Positions 21,340 through 31,124 are shown, counted from the stretch's first letter. The stretch: 64,000 nt of DNA from an uncultured delta proteobacterium (GCA_963841435.1 CAWJCS010000006.1:1536001-1600000); one strand, 5' to 3'. A program made the numbers and translations. The notes: generated from the letters alone by a model not told the origin.

Positions 21340-21852
21340 ATGGCCAACCCGACCGCCACGTTCAGCACCTCGATGGGCACCTTCGTCGCCGAAATCTACG
21401 CCGACACGATGCCGATCACCGCCCAGAACTTCATCAAGCTCGCCAAGAGCGGCTTTTACGACGGGCTGCACTTTCACCGCGTCATCGACGGCTTCATGAT
21501 CCAGTTCGGCTGTCCCCACAGCCGCGACCCGAACAGCTCGCGTGCCGGCACCGGCAACGGACCCGACGGCACGATCCAGGACGAGCACCCGGCGAACGCG
21601 AAGATTTCGAACGAGCCCGGCACGCTGTCGATGGCCAACACCGGTCAGCCGAACAGCGGCAGCTGCCAGTTCTTCATCAACACCGTTCACAACTCGTACC
21701 TCGACTGGTTCACGCCGGGGCCGTCGAAGCACCCCGTGTTCGGTCGCGTGACGCAGGGCATGGACGTCGTCGAGAAGATCGGCAGCGCGAAGACCTCGCG
21801 CGATCGGCCCGCGCCGCCCATCAAGATGGAGAAGGTCACGATCGCCGAGTGA
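21340..21852 (+). CDS. cyclophilin-type peptidyl-prolyl isomerase
   Basis: [32 protein letters not shown]. Confidence 0.95.
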   Translation: MANPTATFSTSMGTFVAEIYADTMPITAQNFIKLAKSGFYDGLHFHRVIDGFMIQFGCPHSRDPNSSRAGTGNGPDGTIQDEHPANAKISNEPGTLSMANTGQPNSGSCQFFINTVHNSYLDWFTPGPSKHPVFGRVTQGMDVVEKIGSAKTSRDRPAPPIKMEKVTIAE

Positions 21853-21909
21853 CCGCGGGGCCCGTGCTTTCGGGCCACCGCCGATCACGAGCGTGACGCT
21901 CCTTCGCTT

Positions 21910-22803
21910 TCAGAGGCCCACGTCCACGCCATCCGAGCAAACGGCCTCGGGGCCGTGACCGCGGTGCGCGTCGATGAAGTCTCCGAAAGCGGCTTCTTCG
22001 AAGCAATCGGCGACGAGCGTCACGCCCCAGCTCGCCGCGGCCCAGCGCGTGTCGAGCCTGGGGTCGGGCGTGAGGATGAGGCGCGTCTCGCCGAGCGTGC
22101 AGGCGGGGTCGCTTCCCGCGCTCGCGATGAGCGCCTCGGCGCGCGCCACCTCGTCGTCGCAGTCGGTGCAGGAGTAGGCGAGCACCACGGCTCCGTGCTC
22201 CAGCGAGTGCACCCAGAAACCGCGCGGGATCGGCTCCGAGTAAGTCTTGTAGGCGGCCCAGAAGGAGTAGTGCGTGCCCGACGACGGCGGGTTCGTCCGA
22301 TACGCGACCTCGAGGCATGGATCGACGTGAAGCGCAGGATCGGGCGTGAACGTGCGCTCGACGGCGCCGCACGTGCTGCCCGCAACGGCCACGTCCGAAA
22401 GCGGAGTGGCCGGGTCGCTCGGCGTGCCCGAGCCGGTGGTGAGCGGACCCGTGAGCAGACCGCAGTAGCCCGAGGGCGCGCCGCCCGCGCCAGCGTCCGC
22501 CGCGCCGCCAACCTCCGCGCCACCCGTGCCCTGGTCTTGTCCACCCTCACCTGCCCCAGGAGCGCCTGCCTCGGGGGCGCCGCCCGTGCTGCCGGCGCTA
22601 CCGCCACTGCTGCCGCCAGCGGCGCTGCCGGCCGTGCCGGCTCGGCCGCCGGCTCCGCTCCCACTCCCGGAAGCACCGCCCCCGCCGCCCCCGCCCGCCG
22701 CTCCGCCCGCGCCGCCGGACCCGGGTGCCGGCGCGGGGTTGTCCGCGCGGCCGGAACAAGCGAGCATGAAAGACACCAGGACCGAGAGCGCGGCGCGACG
22801 CAT
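21910..22803 (-). CDS. DUF3105-domain lipoprotein with Gly-rich linker
   Basis: Lipobox LAC; YRTNPPSSGTHY, VHSLEHGAV, AASW. Confidence 0.85.
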   Translation of the reverse strand: MRRAALSVLVSFMLACSGRADNPAPAPGSGGAGGAAGGGGGGGASGSGSGAGGRAGTAGSAAGGSSGGSAGSTGGAPEAGAPGAGEGGQDQGTGGAEVGGAADAGAGGAPSGYCGLLTGPLTTGSGTPSDPATPLSDVAVAGSTCGAVERTFTPDPALHVDPCLEVAYRTNPPSSGTHYSFWAAYKTYSEPIPRGFWVHSLEHGAVVLAYSCTDCDDEVARAEALIASAGSDPACTLGETRLILTPDPRLDTRWAAASWGVTLVADCFEEAAFGDFIDAHRGHGPEAVCSDGVDVGL

Positions 22804-22847
22804 CAGGCGAATCGAAAGTATACACGAGCGCCCCTCTTACCGCTCAC

Positions 22848-24543
22848 GTGACGCCAACGCCCGACTTGCTCTACCCCGACGCGCGGCTCTGGGTTGACGC
22901 TGGCGAGCTCCGCCAGGTGCTCACCTTCGCGTTCGCCTCGGGGTGCGGGTCGGACGCCATCGAGCGCGCCCTCTCGCGCACCGAGGAGCCGCCGAGCCAC
23001 TTCGTGCCCGATTGCTTCGCGAAGGATTCTTTCGTCGAAGATCTCGTGGCGCGCTGCCTTGCCCCGCGCGACAAATCCCGCCCGAGCGCGGCCCGGCGGC
23101 GCTCGCTCGTCGAGCTCTTGACCCGTCCACCGAAGCGCCTCGACGTGGTGCGCTTCCGACAGGCCGTGCTCGCCGAGCTCGTGGAAAAACCGGAGCTCCG
23201 TCGAGGGCTCGAGCGCGCCCTCGCTGCGCTCCGTGAGTTTTTCGCGCTGCTCGAGGGCACCTCGCGCGCCAAAGAGTCCGCGAATGTCTACCGTCGCCTC
23301 GAAGATCCTGCGCGCCTCCCGCGCCGCGCTCGAGGCCGTGGCGGACGCAGCGCCCGGCGCTGCGTCCGGCCTCTTACGGCTCGGCGAGTTCGGCGAGGCG
23401 GTCAGGCAAAGTGACGGTTTTCGTCACCTCGTGGAGCTCTTGGACCACGAGGCGCACCTCGCGACCGTCGACGTACGCCTGCGGCTCGCCCAGGACGGCC
23501 GCATCCGCGGTTTCGAGATCCTGCGCGCGGTGGAGAACGCGAGCAATCGCCATCACACCGGTGCATTCCGACGCTTCCTCACGCGCATCAGGCTCCTCGT
23601 GTTCGGGTATCGCGTGCGCGAGGGCGAGCTCATCGGACGGCTGTTTACGACCGTGTTCGACGAGATCGAGCGCCCGCTCATCGCCTGCTTCCAGATCCGC
23701 CGAGACATCGAATTTTATCTCGGCGCGCTTTCGCTCCGCGACCGAGCCGAGGAAAAGGGCGTCCCCGTCTGCCTGCCGGAGCTCATCGAATGCCCGCCGG
23801 GCTCCGTGGCGCCGCCGTCACGCTTCGAAGCGCTCTACAACCCCCTGCTGCTCCTCGAAGAGCGCCCCCCGCGGCCGAGCGACCTCGTGATCGGCGGCAG
23901 CGCCGCGCTGGTTGTCACGGGCCCGAACTCCGGCGGCAAGACGCGACTCTTGCAGGCCGTCGGGCTCGCGCAGCTGCTCGCGCAGGCCGGGCTGTTCGTG
24001 CCGGCGCGGTCGGCTTCGCTCGCCTCGCGCGAGGGACTGTTCGTCTCCGTCGTCGAGGAGGCGACGGCGGACGCGCGCGAGGGTCGTCTCGGCACCGAGC
24101 TCTTGCGGATCCGGCGGCTTTTCGAAAGGCTTTGCTGGGGCAGTCTCGTCATCGTCGACGAGCTCTGCTCGGGAACCAATCCTTCGGAGGCCGAGGAGAT
24201 ATTCGATCTCGTGCTTTCGCAGCTTGCCGCCATCGAGCCGCAGACCATCGTCACGACGCACTTTTTGCACTTCGCCGCGCGCCTCGAGCGCGAGCGCGCG
24301 CTGCCGCGGCTCGAGTTCCTGCAGGTCGAGCTCGACGCCACGCAGACGCCGACGTTCGGCTTCGTCCCCGGCGTCGCGACCACGTCGCTCGCGCGGCGCA
24401 CGGCCGAGCGACTCGGCGTCACGCGCGAGGCGTTGCGCGCGCTCGTCGACGATGCGAAGCGCGAGCGGGGGATCCGCGTCAGCGAAGCGCCCAAGCGGCT
24501 CCCCGCCACGGGCGAGCGTGGCGACCTCGACTCCGGCTCCTAA
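22848..24543 (+). CDS. MutS-like ATPase (domain V type); apparent +1 frameshift near 23302
   Basis: TGPNSGGKT, EGRLGTEL, VIVDELCSGTNP, TTHF; removing one A at 23302-23303 joins ORFs 22848-23414 and 23233-24543. Confidence 0.85.
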
Positions 24544-25238
24544 CGGCGTTCGAGGCGGAAGAGGCGCTTGCCCTCGTGCTCGACGGGACCGCTCACGACG
24601 AGCCGGTCGAGCGCAATCTCGCGGATCCTGCCCTGTCCGAATAGATCGCGCAGCGTGAGCCTATCGCCCTCGACGGTGAGCACCTCCGCGCGCCCGAACG
24701 CGAAGTGGTGCACGAGATCGCCGCGCTCGGGCCGCTGGCCGTTGTCGCCGTCGTCGTCGTCGTCGGGGGCGGCGATGCCGACGCTCGCGGCGAAGCGCGA
24801 GTGCGGCACTGCCGGGCGGTGGACGTTCTTTTTGGCCAACGCCCGCGCCTCGCCGTCGTCTTTGGGCGCGGCCGCCACGTTCGGAGCACGGCGCTCCGCC
24901 CCGAGTCGCTCGCCCGTCATGCTGAGACACATGGCACTGACGCCACCCGACGTGGCCTCGACGAGGAGTCCCGCAATGACCTGGTTGGCGGCGCCCTCTG
25001 CCCGCGACAGTGTCACGCCGTACGGGCCACCGAGCGGGCCCGTGCACGCAGCAAGCGCGAACCGCCCGCGCAGCACCCGCCGCACGTCGGCCGCCTCGCC
25101 GGCGAGCCTGAGCTCGGGGTCTTCCACGAACCCCACGGCGTGCACCCAGCCGCCGCCGACGTTGAACGCCTCGGTAAGGCTTTGAACGAGCGGCACGCCG
25201 GCCGGGATGTCTCGAAACGCAGGCGGTGCTTCTCTCAT
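24540..25238 (-). CDS. PPC(DUF296)-like protein with C-terminal PcrA/UvrD-CTD-like domain
   Basis: ATG 25238; WVHAVGFVE...LRGRF...G...VTLS...VIAGLL; C-terminal GDLVHHFAFGRAEVLTVEG. Confidence 0.65.
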   Translation of the reverse strand: MREAPPAFRDIPAGVPLVQSLTEAFNVGGGWVHAVGFVEDPELRLAGEAADVRRVLRGRFALAACTGPLGGPYGVTLSRAEGAANQVIAGLLVEATSGGVSAMCLSMTGERLGAERRAPNVAAAPKDDGEARALAKKNVHRPAVPHSRFAASVGIAAPDDDDDGDNGQRPERGDLVHHFAFGRAEVLTVEGDRLTLRDLFGQGRIREIALDRLVVSGPVEHEGKRLFRLERR

Positions 25239-25258
25239 TTTCGAACGGCGGCGGGTCC

Positions 25259-26527
25259 CTAGCGCAACCCGTGCGCCTGTCGAAGCCGGGCAGCCTTGAG
25301 CCACAAATAGTTTCGCTCGGGGACGCTCGAGGTGCGTTCTGCCGCGCCGCGGAAGGCCGCGAGCGCCGCCGCGTGGTCGCCGGCGCGCTCCGACAGGTGT
25401 CCCCGCGCCGCGAACAGCAGGTGATGCTCCCGGAGCCGCGCGTCGCGACCGAGCGGCTCGAGGAGCTCGAGCCCGCGCTCCGGGCCGTGCACCATGGCGA
25501 ACGCGATCGCGCGATTCAGGGTCACGATCGGGTTTTGGGTGATGCGCTCGAGCACGTCGTAAAGGGCGAGGATTTGCGGCCAGTCGGTCTCGTCGACGCT
25601 CGGCGCTTCGTCGTGGAGCGCGGCGATGGCGGCTTGCAGCTGATAGACGCCCGGGGCGCCGCCGGCGAGCGCTCGGCTGACGAGCTCGGTGCCCTCGCGC
25701 ACGAGCCGCCGATCCCAGCGCGAGCGGTCTTGCTCGTCGAGGGGGACGAGCTCGCCGTCGGGGCCCGAGCGTGCCGGACGGCGAGCATCGGTGAGCAACA
25801 TGAGCGCGAGCAAACCCTGCGCCTCGCGCTCGTCTGGCAAGAGCCGTTCGAGCTCTCGCGCGAGGCGAATCGCTTCGTCGGATAGATCGACGCGACTCAG
25901 GCCCGCACCCGAGCTCTGCAAGTAGCCCTCGTTGAAGACGAGGTAGAGCACGTGGAGCACGGCCGCTAGCCGTGCCGAGCGTTCGCTCGGTCCGGGCATG
26001 GCGAATCGGCCGCCTGCCTGCTCTATCAGGCGCTTGGCGCGACTGATGCGCTGGGCCATCGTCGCCTCGGGCACGAGGAAGGAGCGCGCGATCTCGGCCG
26101 TCGTGAGCCCGCCGACGGCGCGGAGCGTCAACGCGATGGCCGACGTGCGCGTCAGGGCTGGATGGCAGCACATGAAGAGCAGGAGCAACATGTCGTCCTG
26201 TTCGGGCTCGCGGTCGGAGTCGGGCGGCGGCGCGAACGCTGCGTCATCGGGCTCGAGCGCGCTCGCCCTGGTTTCGCGCTTGCGGCGAGCGCTATCACTG
26301 CGCACGCGGTCGAGAAGGCGCCTGGCGGCGACCTGGACGAGCCAGGCGCGCGGGTCGTCCGGCAGCCCCGCCTCGGGCCACTGTGTCGAAGCGGCCAAGA
26401 GCGCCTCCTGAACGGCGTCTTCCGCGGTGGCGAAATCGGAGGTACGCCGCGCGACCACGCCCAGGACCTGCGGCGACAGCGCGCGCAGCAGGTCCCGGAT
26501 CATCGGTAAGGTGGCGCCGTCGCTCAC
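25259..26527 (-). CDS. ECF sigma factor with C-terminal TPR/DUF6596 extension (ECF42-like)
   Basis: AEDAVQEA, LLFMCCHPAL, MAQRISRAK, LYLVFNEGY, YQLQAAIAALH, TDWPQI. Confidence 0.92.
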   Translation of the reverse strand: MSDGATLPMIRDLLRALSPQVLGVVARRTSDFATAEDAVQEALLAASTQWPEAGLPDDPRAWLVQVAARRLLDRVRSDSARRKRETRASALEPDDAAFAPPPDSDREPEQDDMLLLLFMCCHPALTRTSAIALTLRAVGGLTTAEIARSFLVPEATMAQRISRAKRLIEQAGGRFAMPGPSERSARLAAVLHVLYLVFNEGYLQSSGAGLSRVDLSDEAIRLARELERLLPDEREAQGLLALMLLTDARRPARSGPDGELVPLDEQDRSRWDRRLVREGTELVSRALAGGAPGVYQLQAAIAALHDEAPSVDETDWPQILALYDVLERITQNPIVTLNRAIAFAMVHGPERGLELLEPLGRDARLREHHLLFAARGHLSERAGDHAAALAAFRGAAERTSSVPERNYLWLKAARLRQAHGLR

Positions 26528-26922
26528 GGCTCGACGGGCGGCCCGCTCATCACCTCGCGCACCTCGATGGCGATCCCGAGCGGCTTGCCCCCGGGCCCCG
26601 GCGCCGCCGATGCGCGCGCCGCGATGGCGTACGCCTGCTCGGCCGAATCGACGTCGACGATCCAGTAGCCGGCCAAAAATTCCTTCGACTCCGCAAACGG
26701 TCCGTCGGTCACCTCCGGCGCCCCGTCCTTCCCCGCCCGCACGATGCGAGCCTGACCGGGCGGCGCGAGCCCTTCGGCGCCCACCAGCGCGCCCTCGCGC
26801 GCAAGATCCTTGTTGAGGCTCACCATGAACCCGATGTGAGCCTTGAGCTCGTCCCGCGACCAGCTCGCAACGCCCCAGTCACCCGTGCCTCGCGGCGCAT
26901 GCATCATCAACATGAACTTCAT
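26524..26922 (-). CDS. YciI/DGPF family protein
   Basis: VTDGPFAESKEFLAGYW; coupled to the ECF42-like sigma gene. Confidence 0.92.
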   Translation of the reverse strand: MKFMLMMHAPRGTGDWGVASWSRDELKAHIGFMVSLNKDLAREGALVGAEGLAPPGQARIVRAGKDGAPEVTDGPFAESKEFLAGYWIVDVDSAEQAYAIAARASAAPGPGGKPLGIAIEVREVMSGPPVEP

Positions 26923-26971
26923 CGTCGTGCTCCTCGTTTCGGCCCGCCCCGATCGGCGGGCTCATCGGGAA

Positions 26972-26998
26972 GTCGGAGCCGCCCGGTCGCTCTCGACA
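26972..26998 (-). promoter_or_regulatory. ECF42-type promoter TGTCGA-N17-CGAC
   Basis: Minus strand TGTCGA (26998-26993), 17-nt spacer, CGAC (26975-26972), 50 bp upstream of yciI. Confidence 0.7.
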
Positions 26999-27045
26999 TG
27001 CATCGCGCCGAATCTAGCCGACCCGCCCGAAGGTGGCCCGGAAAG

Positions 27046-27792
27046 TCAGCCGCAGGGCTTCGGGGAGAACCAGCGCGCGGGACGCGTAGGGCCGAGGAGC
27101 TTCGGGGCCGTTGCGGCCGGCAGCCACGCGAGCGCGGCGGCGAGAAGATCTCGCCCGTGAGTCTCGATGGGCGTCCCGTGCCCGACGATCAGCCCCTCGA
27201 ACGGGTGGCCGAGTAGCTCGTCCAGGCTTCGGCGAGCGGCGCTGCGATCGTAAAACGCCGTCCAGCGAATCGCCCGGCTCAGGGCGACGCGCCCGTAAAA
27301 TCCCATGGCGGAGCTGTAGATCTTCGTCCAGCGCTCCGGAGGGCGCCCGATGTTGTGCACGAGATCGGTGACGATGGCCGTGGCGCTCGGGCGGTGAACG
27401 AGCACCGTCTCCGAGAGGAGAAAGCCCTGGATCGGCAGCTCTTCGACGACACCGGGCAACGCAGGCGCGCCGCCCTGGTCGTGAAAGCGATCGATGCGAA
27501 GCTCCGGTCTCTTCTTCGCCAGCGCCTCGGGAGCGTGCAGCTGCGCTTCGGGAAACGCCTGGCTCCACTCGCCGATCCAGCGGTGATGAAACGTGTTCGG
27601 CGCGTAGAGATGGGCAACGCGCCCGAGCGACTCGACCTCCGCACGCCGCTCGGGCGTGAGCGGCAGCGGTGAATGCAGGAGCAACCCCTCGCCTTCACCC
27701 CGCAGCACCGTCATGGTCGCCGTGAGCTTCATCCCCACGATCGACACCGGCCCCGTGTCGTACCAGACGCCCTGAGCGAACGGCGTGAGCAT
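27046..27792 (-). CDS. DUF4336-domain protein
   Basis: MTVLR...LLLHSP, APNTFHH, HRPSATAIVTDL, IVGHG; ATG 27792. Confidence 0.85.
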   Translation of the reverse strand: MLTPFAQGVWYDTGPVSIVGMKLTATMTVLRGEGEGLLLHSPLPLTPERRAEVESLGRVAHLYAPNTFHHRWIGEWSQAFPEAQLHAPEALAKKRPELRIDRFHDQGGAPALPGVVEELPIQGFLLSETVLVHRPSATAIVTDLVHNIGRPPERWTKIYSSAMGFYGRVALSRAIRWTAFYDRSAARRSLDELLGHPFEGLIVGHGTPIETHGRDLLAAALAWLPAATAPKLLGPTRPARWFSPKPCG

Positions 27793-27917
27793 GAAGACAG
27801 CGTAGGGCCCACGTTGGGGGCCCGGCAAGCAGACCGCGCCGAGCTCGGGGAAAGCGAGATCCCCTGGGAACGACGGGGCACCGGGCAGAGCGTCACACGA
27901 ACGGCTGCCTCGTACCC

Positions 27918-27946
27918 TTGCGCGGTATACCTCAATGAGGTATGTT
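27918..27946 (+). promoter_or_regulatory. sigma70 promoter with overlapping palindromic operator for higBA
   Basis: TTGCGC (27918-27923)-N17-TATGTT (27941-27946); perfect inverted repeat ATACCTCA-A-TGAGGTAT at 27927-27943. Confidence 0.75.
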
Positions 27947-27952
27947 TTTCGG

Positions 27953-28243
27953 GTGAGCATCCGAGGATTCGCCCGCAAGCCGGTCGAAGCCTTCTTCCTC
28001 ACGGGCCGGGCTCCTCGTCGAGAGGGGTGGGCATCGGCCTCGAGCGTGGTCAAGAGAAAGCTCGACGTGATCGACTACGCCGCCGCCCTGCACGACCTGT
28101 CGTCACCTCCGGGCAATCGACTGGAGGCCCTGCGTGGTGCCCTGAAAGGCTTTCACAGCATCCGCATCGACGATCAGTGGCGAATCGTCTTCCGCTGGAC
28201 GCCAGACGGACCCAACGAGGTCGACATTCGCGATTACCACTGA
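27953..28243 (+). CDS. higB: HigB-family toxin (RelE/ParE superfamily)
   Basis: PPGNRLEALRG, HSIRIDDQWRIVFRW, DYH C-terminus; GTG 27953. Confidence 0.92.
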   Translation: MSIRGFARKPVEAFFLTGRAPRREGWASASSVVKRKLDVIDYAAALHDLSSPPGNRLEALRGALKGFHSIRIDDQWRIVFRWTPDGPNEVDIRDYH

Positions 28244-28252
28244 AGGAGCCCC

Positions 28253-28564
28253 ATGGACCGAACTCGAATGACCCGCCCCCCTACGACGCCCGGCGAAATT
28301 CTCCGAGACGAGTACCTCGTCCCCCTCGAGATGAGTCAAAAGGAGCTCGCTGACCACATCGACCAGGACGTGAAGGTGATCAATCGCATCGTGAACGGCA
28401 GGTCTGCCGTCACCGCGGAGGTGGCACTCAAGCTCGCTGCAACCTTCAGCACCACGCCCGAGTTCTGGCTGAACGCGCAGAAGGCCGTCGATCTTTTTGC
28501 GGCGCGGAGCAAGCTGCGCCGGCTTCCGAAGCCGATTGTCGCCGGTGGCCGACCGGCGGCGTGA
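28253..28564 (+). CDS. higA: HigA-family antitoxin (HTH XRE)
   Basis: PGEILRDEYL, SQKELA, IVNGRSAVTAEVALKL, TTPEFWLNAQ. Confidence 0.92.
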   Translation: MDRTRMTRPPTTPGEILRDEYLVPLEMSQKELADHIDQDVKVINRIVNGRSAVTAEVALKLAATFSTTPEFWLNAQKAVDLFAARSKLRRLPKPIVAGGRPAA

Positions 28565-28568
28565 AGGG

Positions 28569-28642
28569 CGTCCCCAACGGGATTCGAACCCGTGTTACAG
28601 CCTTGAAAGGGCCGTGTCCTGGGCCGGCTAGACGATGGGGAC
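28569..28642 (-). tRNA. tRNA-Glu (anticodon TTC)
   Basis: GTCCCCATCGTCTAGCCGGCCCAGGACACGGCCCTTTCAAGGCTGTAACACGGGTTCGAATCCCGTTGGGGACG; acceptor stem GTCCCCA/TGGGGAC, T-loop GTTCGAATC; CCA not encoded. Confidence 0.97.
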
Positions 28643-28659
28643 CGGGCTTAGGGTCGCGG

Positions 28660-28688
28660 ACCATAGTCGCAAGCGGGGGGCATGACAA
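28660..28688 (-). promoter_or_regulatory. sigma70 promoter of tRNA-Glu
   Basis: Minus strand TTGTCA (28688-28683)-N17-TATGGT (28665-28660). Confidence 0.65.
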
Positions 28689-28708
28689 TCCGGTATGGTG
28701 GCGGCCGC

Positions 28709-31117
28709 GTGACGACCAGCGCGGAGGCCGAGAGCGGCTCGAGCGAGCGGGCAACGGGGCGCCAGGTGGCGCGCGCCTTTCCCTATCCGGCGGTCGTCGG
28801 GCTGTTCGTCGCGTCGGGCGCGGCGGGGCTCGTCGATCAGGTCTGTTTCTCGAAGTACCTGTCGTACGCGCTCGGCTCGACGGCATATGCCGTGAGCGCC
28901 GTCCTCGCGGCGTTCATGACGGGTCTCGCGCTCGGGGCGTATCTCGGCGGTCGGTACGCGGTTCGCATCGCTCGGCCCGTCGTCGCGTACGGCGTCCTCG
29001 AGCTCGTCGTCGCGCTTGCCGTGGCCGTCACGCCGCTCGAATTCGACGTGCTGACGCGCGTGTACGCCCGGCTCGCGCAGCTCGCGCCGGAATCGATGGC
29101 GCTGCTCAGCGCGCTGCGCTGGCTCGTGGCGCTCTCGATCGTCGTCGTGCCGACGACCGCGATGGGCGCAACGCTGCCGATCCTCACGCGCGCCCTCGGT
29201 CCGGCCCGGCGTCAGGCGCAGCTCGGTGGGCTTTATGCGGCCAATACGTTCGGCGGCGCGGCCGGCGCGCTGGCGGCGGCGTACGTCGTGCTCCCCTTCG
29301 TCGGTTTGCGCGGCACGCTGCTCGGCGGCGCGTTGCTGAGCGCCATCGTGGGTGGGGTTGCCGTCCTGGTCGGACGTGAGGTGCCTGCCGCGAGCGAGCC
29401 GCGCCCCTTCGAGGCGGAGGCTTCGAGCGAGGAGCCGGTGGGCAGCGAGCGCGCAATGCTCGTCGGGCTCGCCGTGCTGTCGGGTGCCCTCGCCTTCGCG
29501 GCGGAGGTCGTGTTCACGCACCTGCTCGCGTTGCTCGTGGGAAACAGCGCCTACGCGTTCGGTCTTATCCTCGCTGTGTTTCTGTGCTGTCTGTTTGCCG
29601 GCGCGGCCCTCGCCGGGTGGTTCGGCGCGCGGTTCGGCAGGCAGGCGCTCGGCCTCGGGCTTTCGGGGACGGCGCTGGCTTTCGCGCTCACCCTGCCCCT
29701 CTGGGATCGTCTCCCGCTGCTCTTCGCCTCTCTCGGTCCGAGCGTCACGAGCTTCGGTGGGCGCGAGGTCGTGCGTGCGCTCGCGGCTTTCCTCGTGCTG
29801 TGCGTGCCGACCACCACCATGGGGCTCACGTTCCCGCTGCTTCTTTCGCGCGTTGCGCGGTCGAACGCGCCGAGCCGCTGGGTCGGCAAGCTCACGGCCG
29901 TGAACACCCTCGGAGCCGTCGCGGGGTCGCTCGGCACGGGCTACGTGCTCTTGCCGCTCGTGGGCTCGGAGCGCTCGCTGCTCGCCATCTTGCTGCTCTT
30001 CGCGCTCGGGGCCGTGATCGTCGCGCTCGTCGGGCGCCGGGGCCGCACGCCGACGCTCGTCGTGGCGCTCGCCGCAGCGCTGCTCGTCCCGCTCACGCCG
30101 CGTTGGAACCTCGCGCGGCTTACGGGCGGCTCGAACGTTTACTTCGAGCGCTGGGTCGAGCCCGATGCGATCCCGTTTTTGCGCGAGGACGTGCACGGCG
30201 GCGTCACGACGGTCACCCGCGCGCACGGGGTGAGCACGCTCTATACCAACGGCAAATTCCAGGGCAACACCGGCTGGGAGATGAGCGCCCAGCGCTTCTT
30301 CGCTCACTACCCTTCCCTCTTCGTGCCCCATTTCGACCGTGCGCTCGTCATCGGCCTCGGCACGGGGACGACGCTCGGAACGCTGGCCGCTTACCCGTGG
30401 AAAAAGCTCGACGTCGTCGAGATTTCGCCCGCCATCGTCGAAGCGGCACGCGAGTATTTTCAAGTCGGCAATCGGGGCGCGATCGACGATCCGCGCGTCA
30501 CGCTGCACCACGCCGACGGGCGAAACTTCGTGCTCGTCGACGACGGCCGCTACGACCTCGTGAGCATGGAGCTTTCGAGCATCTGGTTCGCGGGGGCCGC
30601 GAGCCTTTACAGCCGTGAGTTTTATCACCTCGTGAGGGAGCGCCTCGCGCCGGGCGGCGTGTTCCAGCAGTGGGTGCAGCTCCACCACGTCGAGCGGCGA
30701 GATTTTGCTACCGTCGTGGCGACGCTGCGCAGCGAATTTTCGCACGTGGCGCTCTTCTACGGCGGCGGACAGGGCATCCTCGTTGCCAGCGAGCGCCCGC
30801 TCCGCAGCTCGCGCACGCGCCTCCGCGCCCTCGAAGCACGGCCGGGGTTCCGCGACGTGCTGCCGGACGATCGGGAGCTCGCCGCGCTCACGGGCGACGT
30901 GCTCGCGCTCGACGCAGGTCTCGACGCGTTCCTGGCGGAAACCGCCCAACAGGAGGGCGTCGCCCTCGGCGAGCTCGTCTCGACCGACCAGAACCTTTAC
31001 CTCGAATACGCGACACCACGCGGGAACGTGCTCCCGTGGGCGACGCGCGACGCGCTGGTGCGCGACATTTGGCGCTTTCACGAGGCGCGCGCGGTCGCGC
31101 GCCTGGTTCGGCCCTGA
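28709..31117 (+). CDS. fused MFS-like membrane domain / spermidine synthase-like methyltransferase
   Basis: SGAAGL...LGSTAYAVSAVLAAFMTGLALG, MGATLP, LYAANTFG; VIGLGTGTT, VEISP, DGRNF; GTG 28709 (or ATG 28682). Confidence 0.88.
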   Translation: MTTSAEAESGSSERATGRQVARAFPYPAVVGLFVASGAAGLVDQVCFSKYLSYALGSTAYAVSAVLAAFMTGLALGAYLGGRYAVRIARPVVAYGVLELVVALAVAVTPLEFDVLTRVYARLAQLAPESMALLSALRWLVALSIVVVPTTAMGATLPILTRALGPARRQAQLGGLYAANTFGGAAGALAAAYVVLPFVGLRGTLLGGALLSAIVGGVAVLVGREVPAASEPRPFEAEASSEEPVGSERAMLVGLAVLSGALAFAAEVVFTHLLALLVGNSAYAFGLILAVFLCCLFAGAALAGWFGARFGRQALGLGLSGTALAFALTLPLWDRLPLLFASLGPSVTSFGGREVVRALAAFLVLCVPTTTMGLTFPLLLSRVARSNAPSRWVGKLTAVNTLGAVAGSLGTGYVLLPLVGSERSLLAILLLFALGAVIVALVGRRGRTPTLVVALAAALLVPLTPRWNLARLTGGSNVYFERWVEPDAIPFLREDVHGGVTTVTRAHGVSTLYTNGKFQGNTGWEMSAQRFFAHYPSLFVPHFDRALVIGLGTGTTLGTLAAYPWKKLDVVEISPAIVEAAREYFQVGNRGAIDDPRVTLHHADGRNFVLVDDGRYDLVSMELSSIWFAGAASLYSREFYHLVRERLAPGGVFQQWVQLHHVERRDFATVVATLRSEFSHVALFYGGGQGILVASERPLRSSRTRLRALEARPGFRDVLPDDRELAALTGDVLALDAGLDAFLAETAQQEGVALGELVSTDQNLYLEYATPRGNVLPWATRDALVRDIWRFHEARAVARLVRP

Positions 31118-31124
31118 GCGCGGC

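Noticed and set aside
27793-28569. Integrative element or prophage at tRNA-Glu
   Set aside because: No integrase, phage genes or convincing att duplication found; ACGTTGGGGG near 27811 is too short and GC-rich to count
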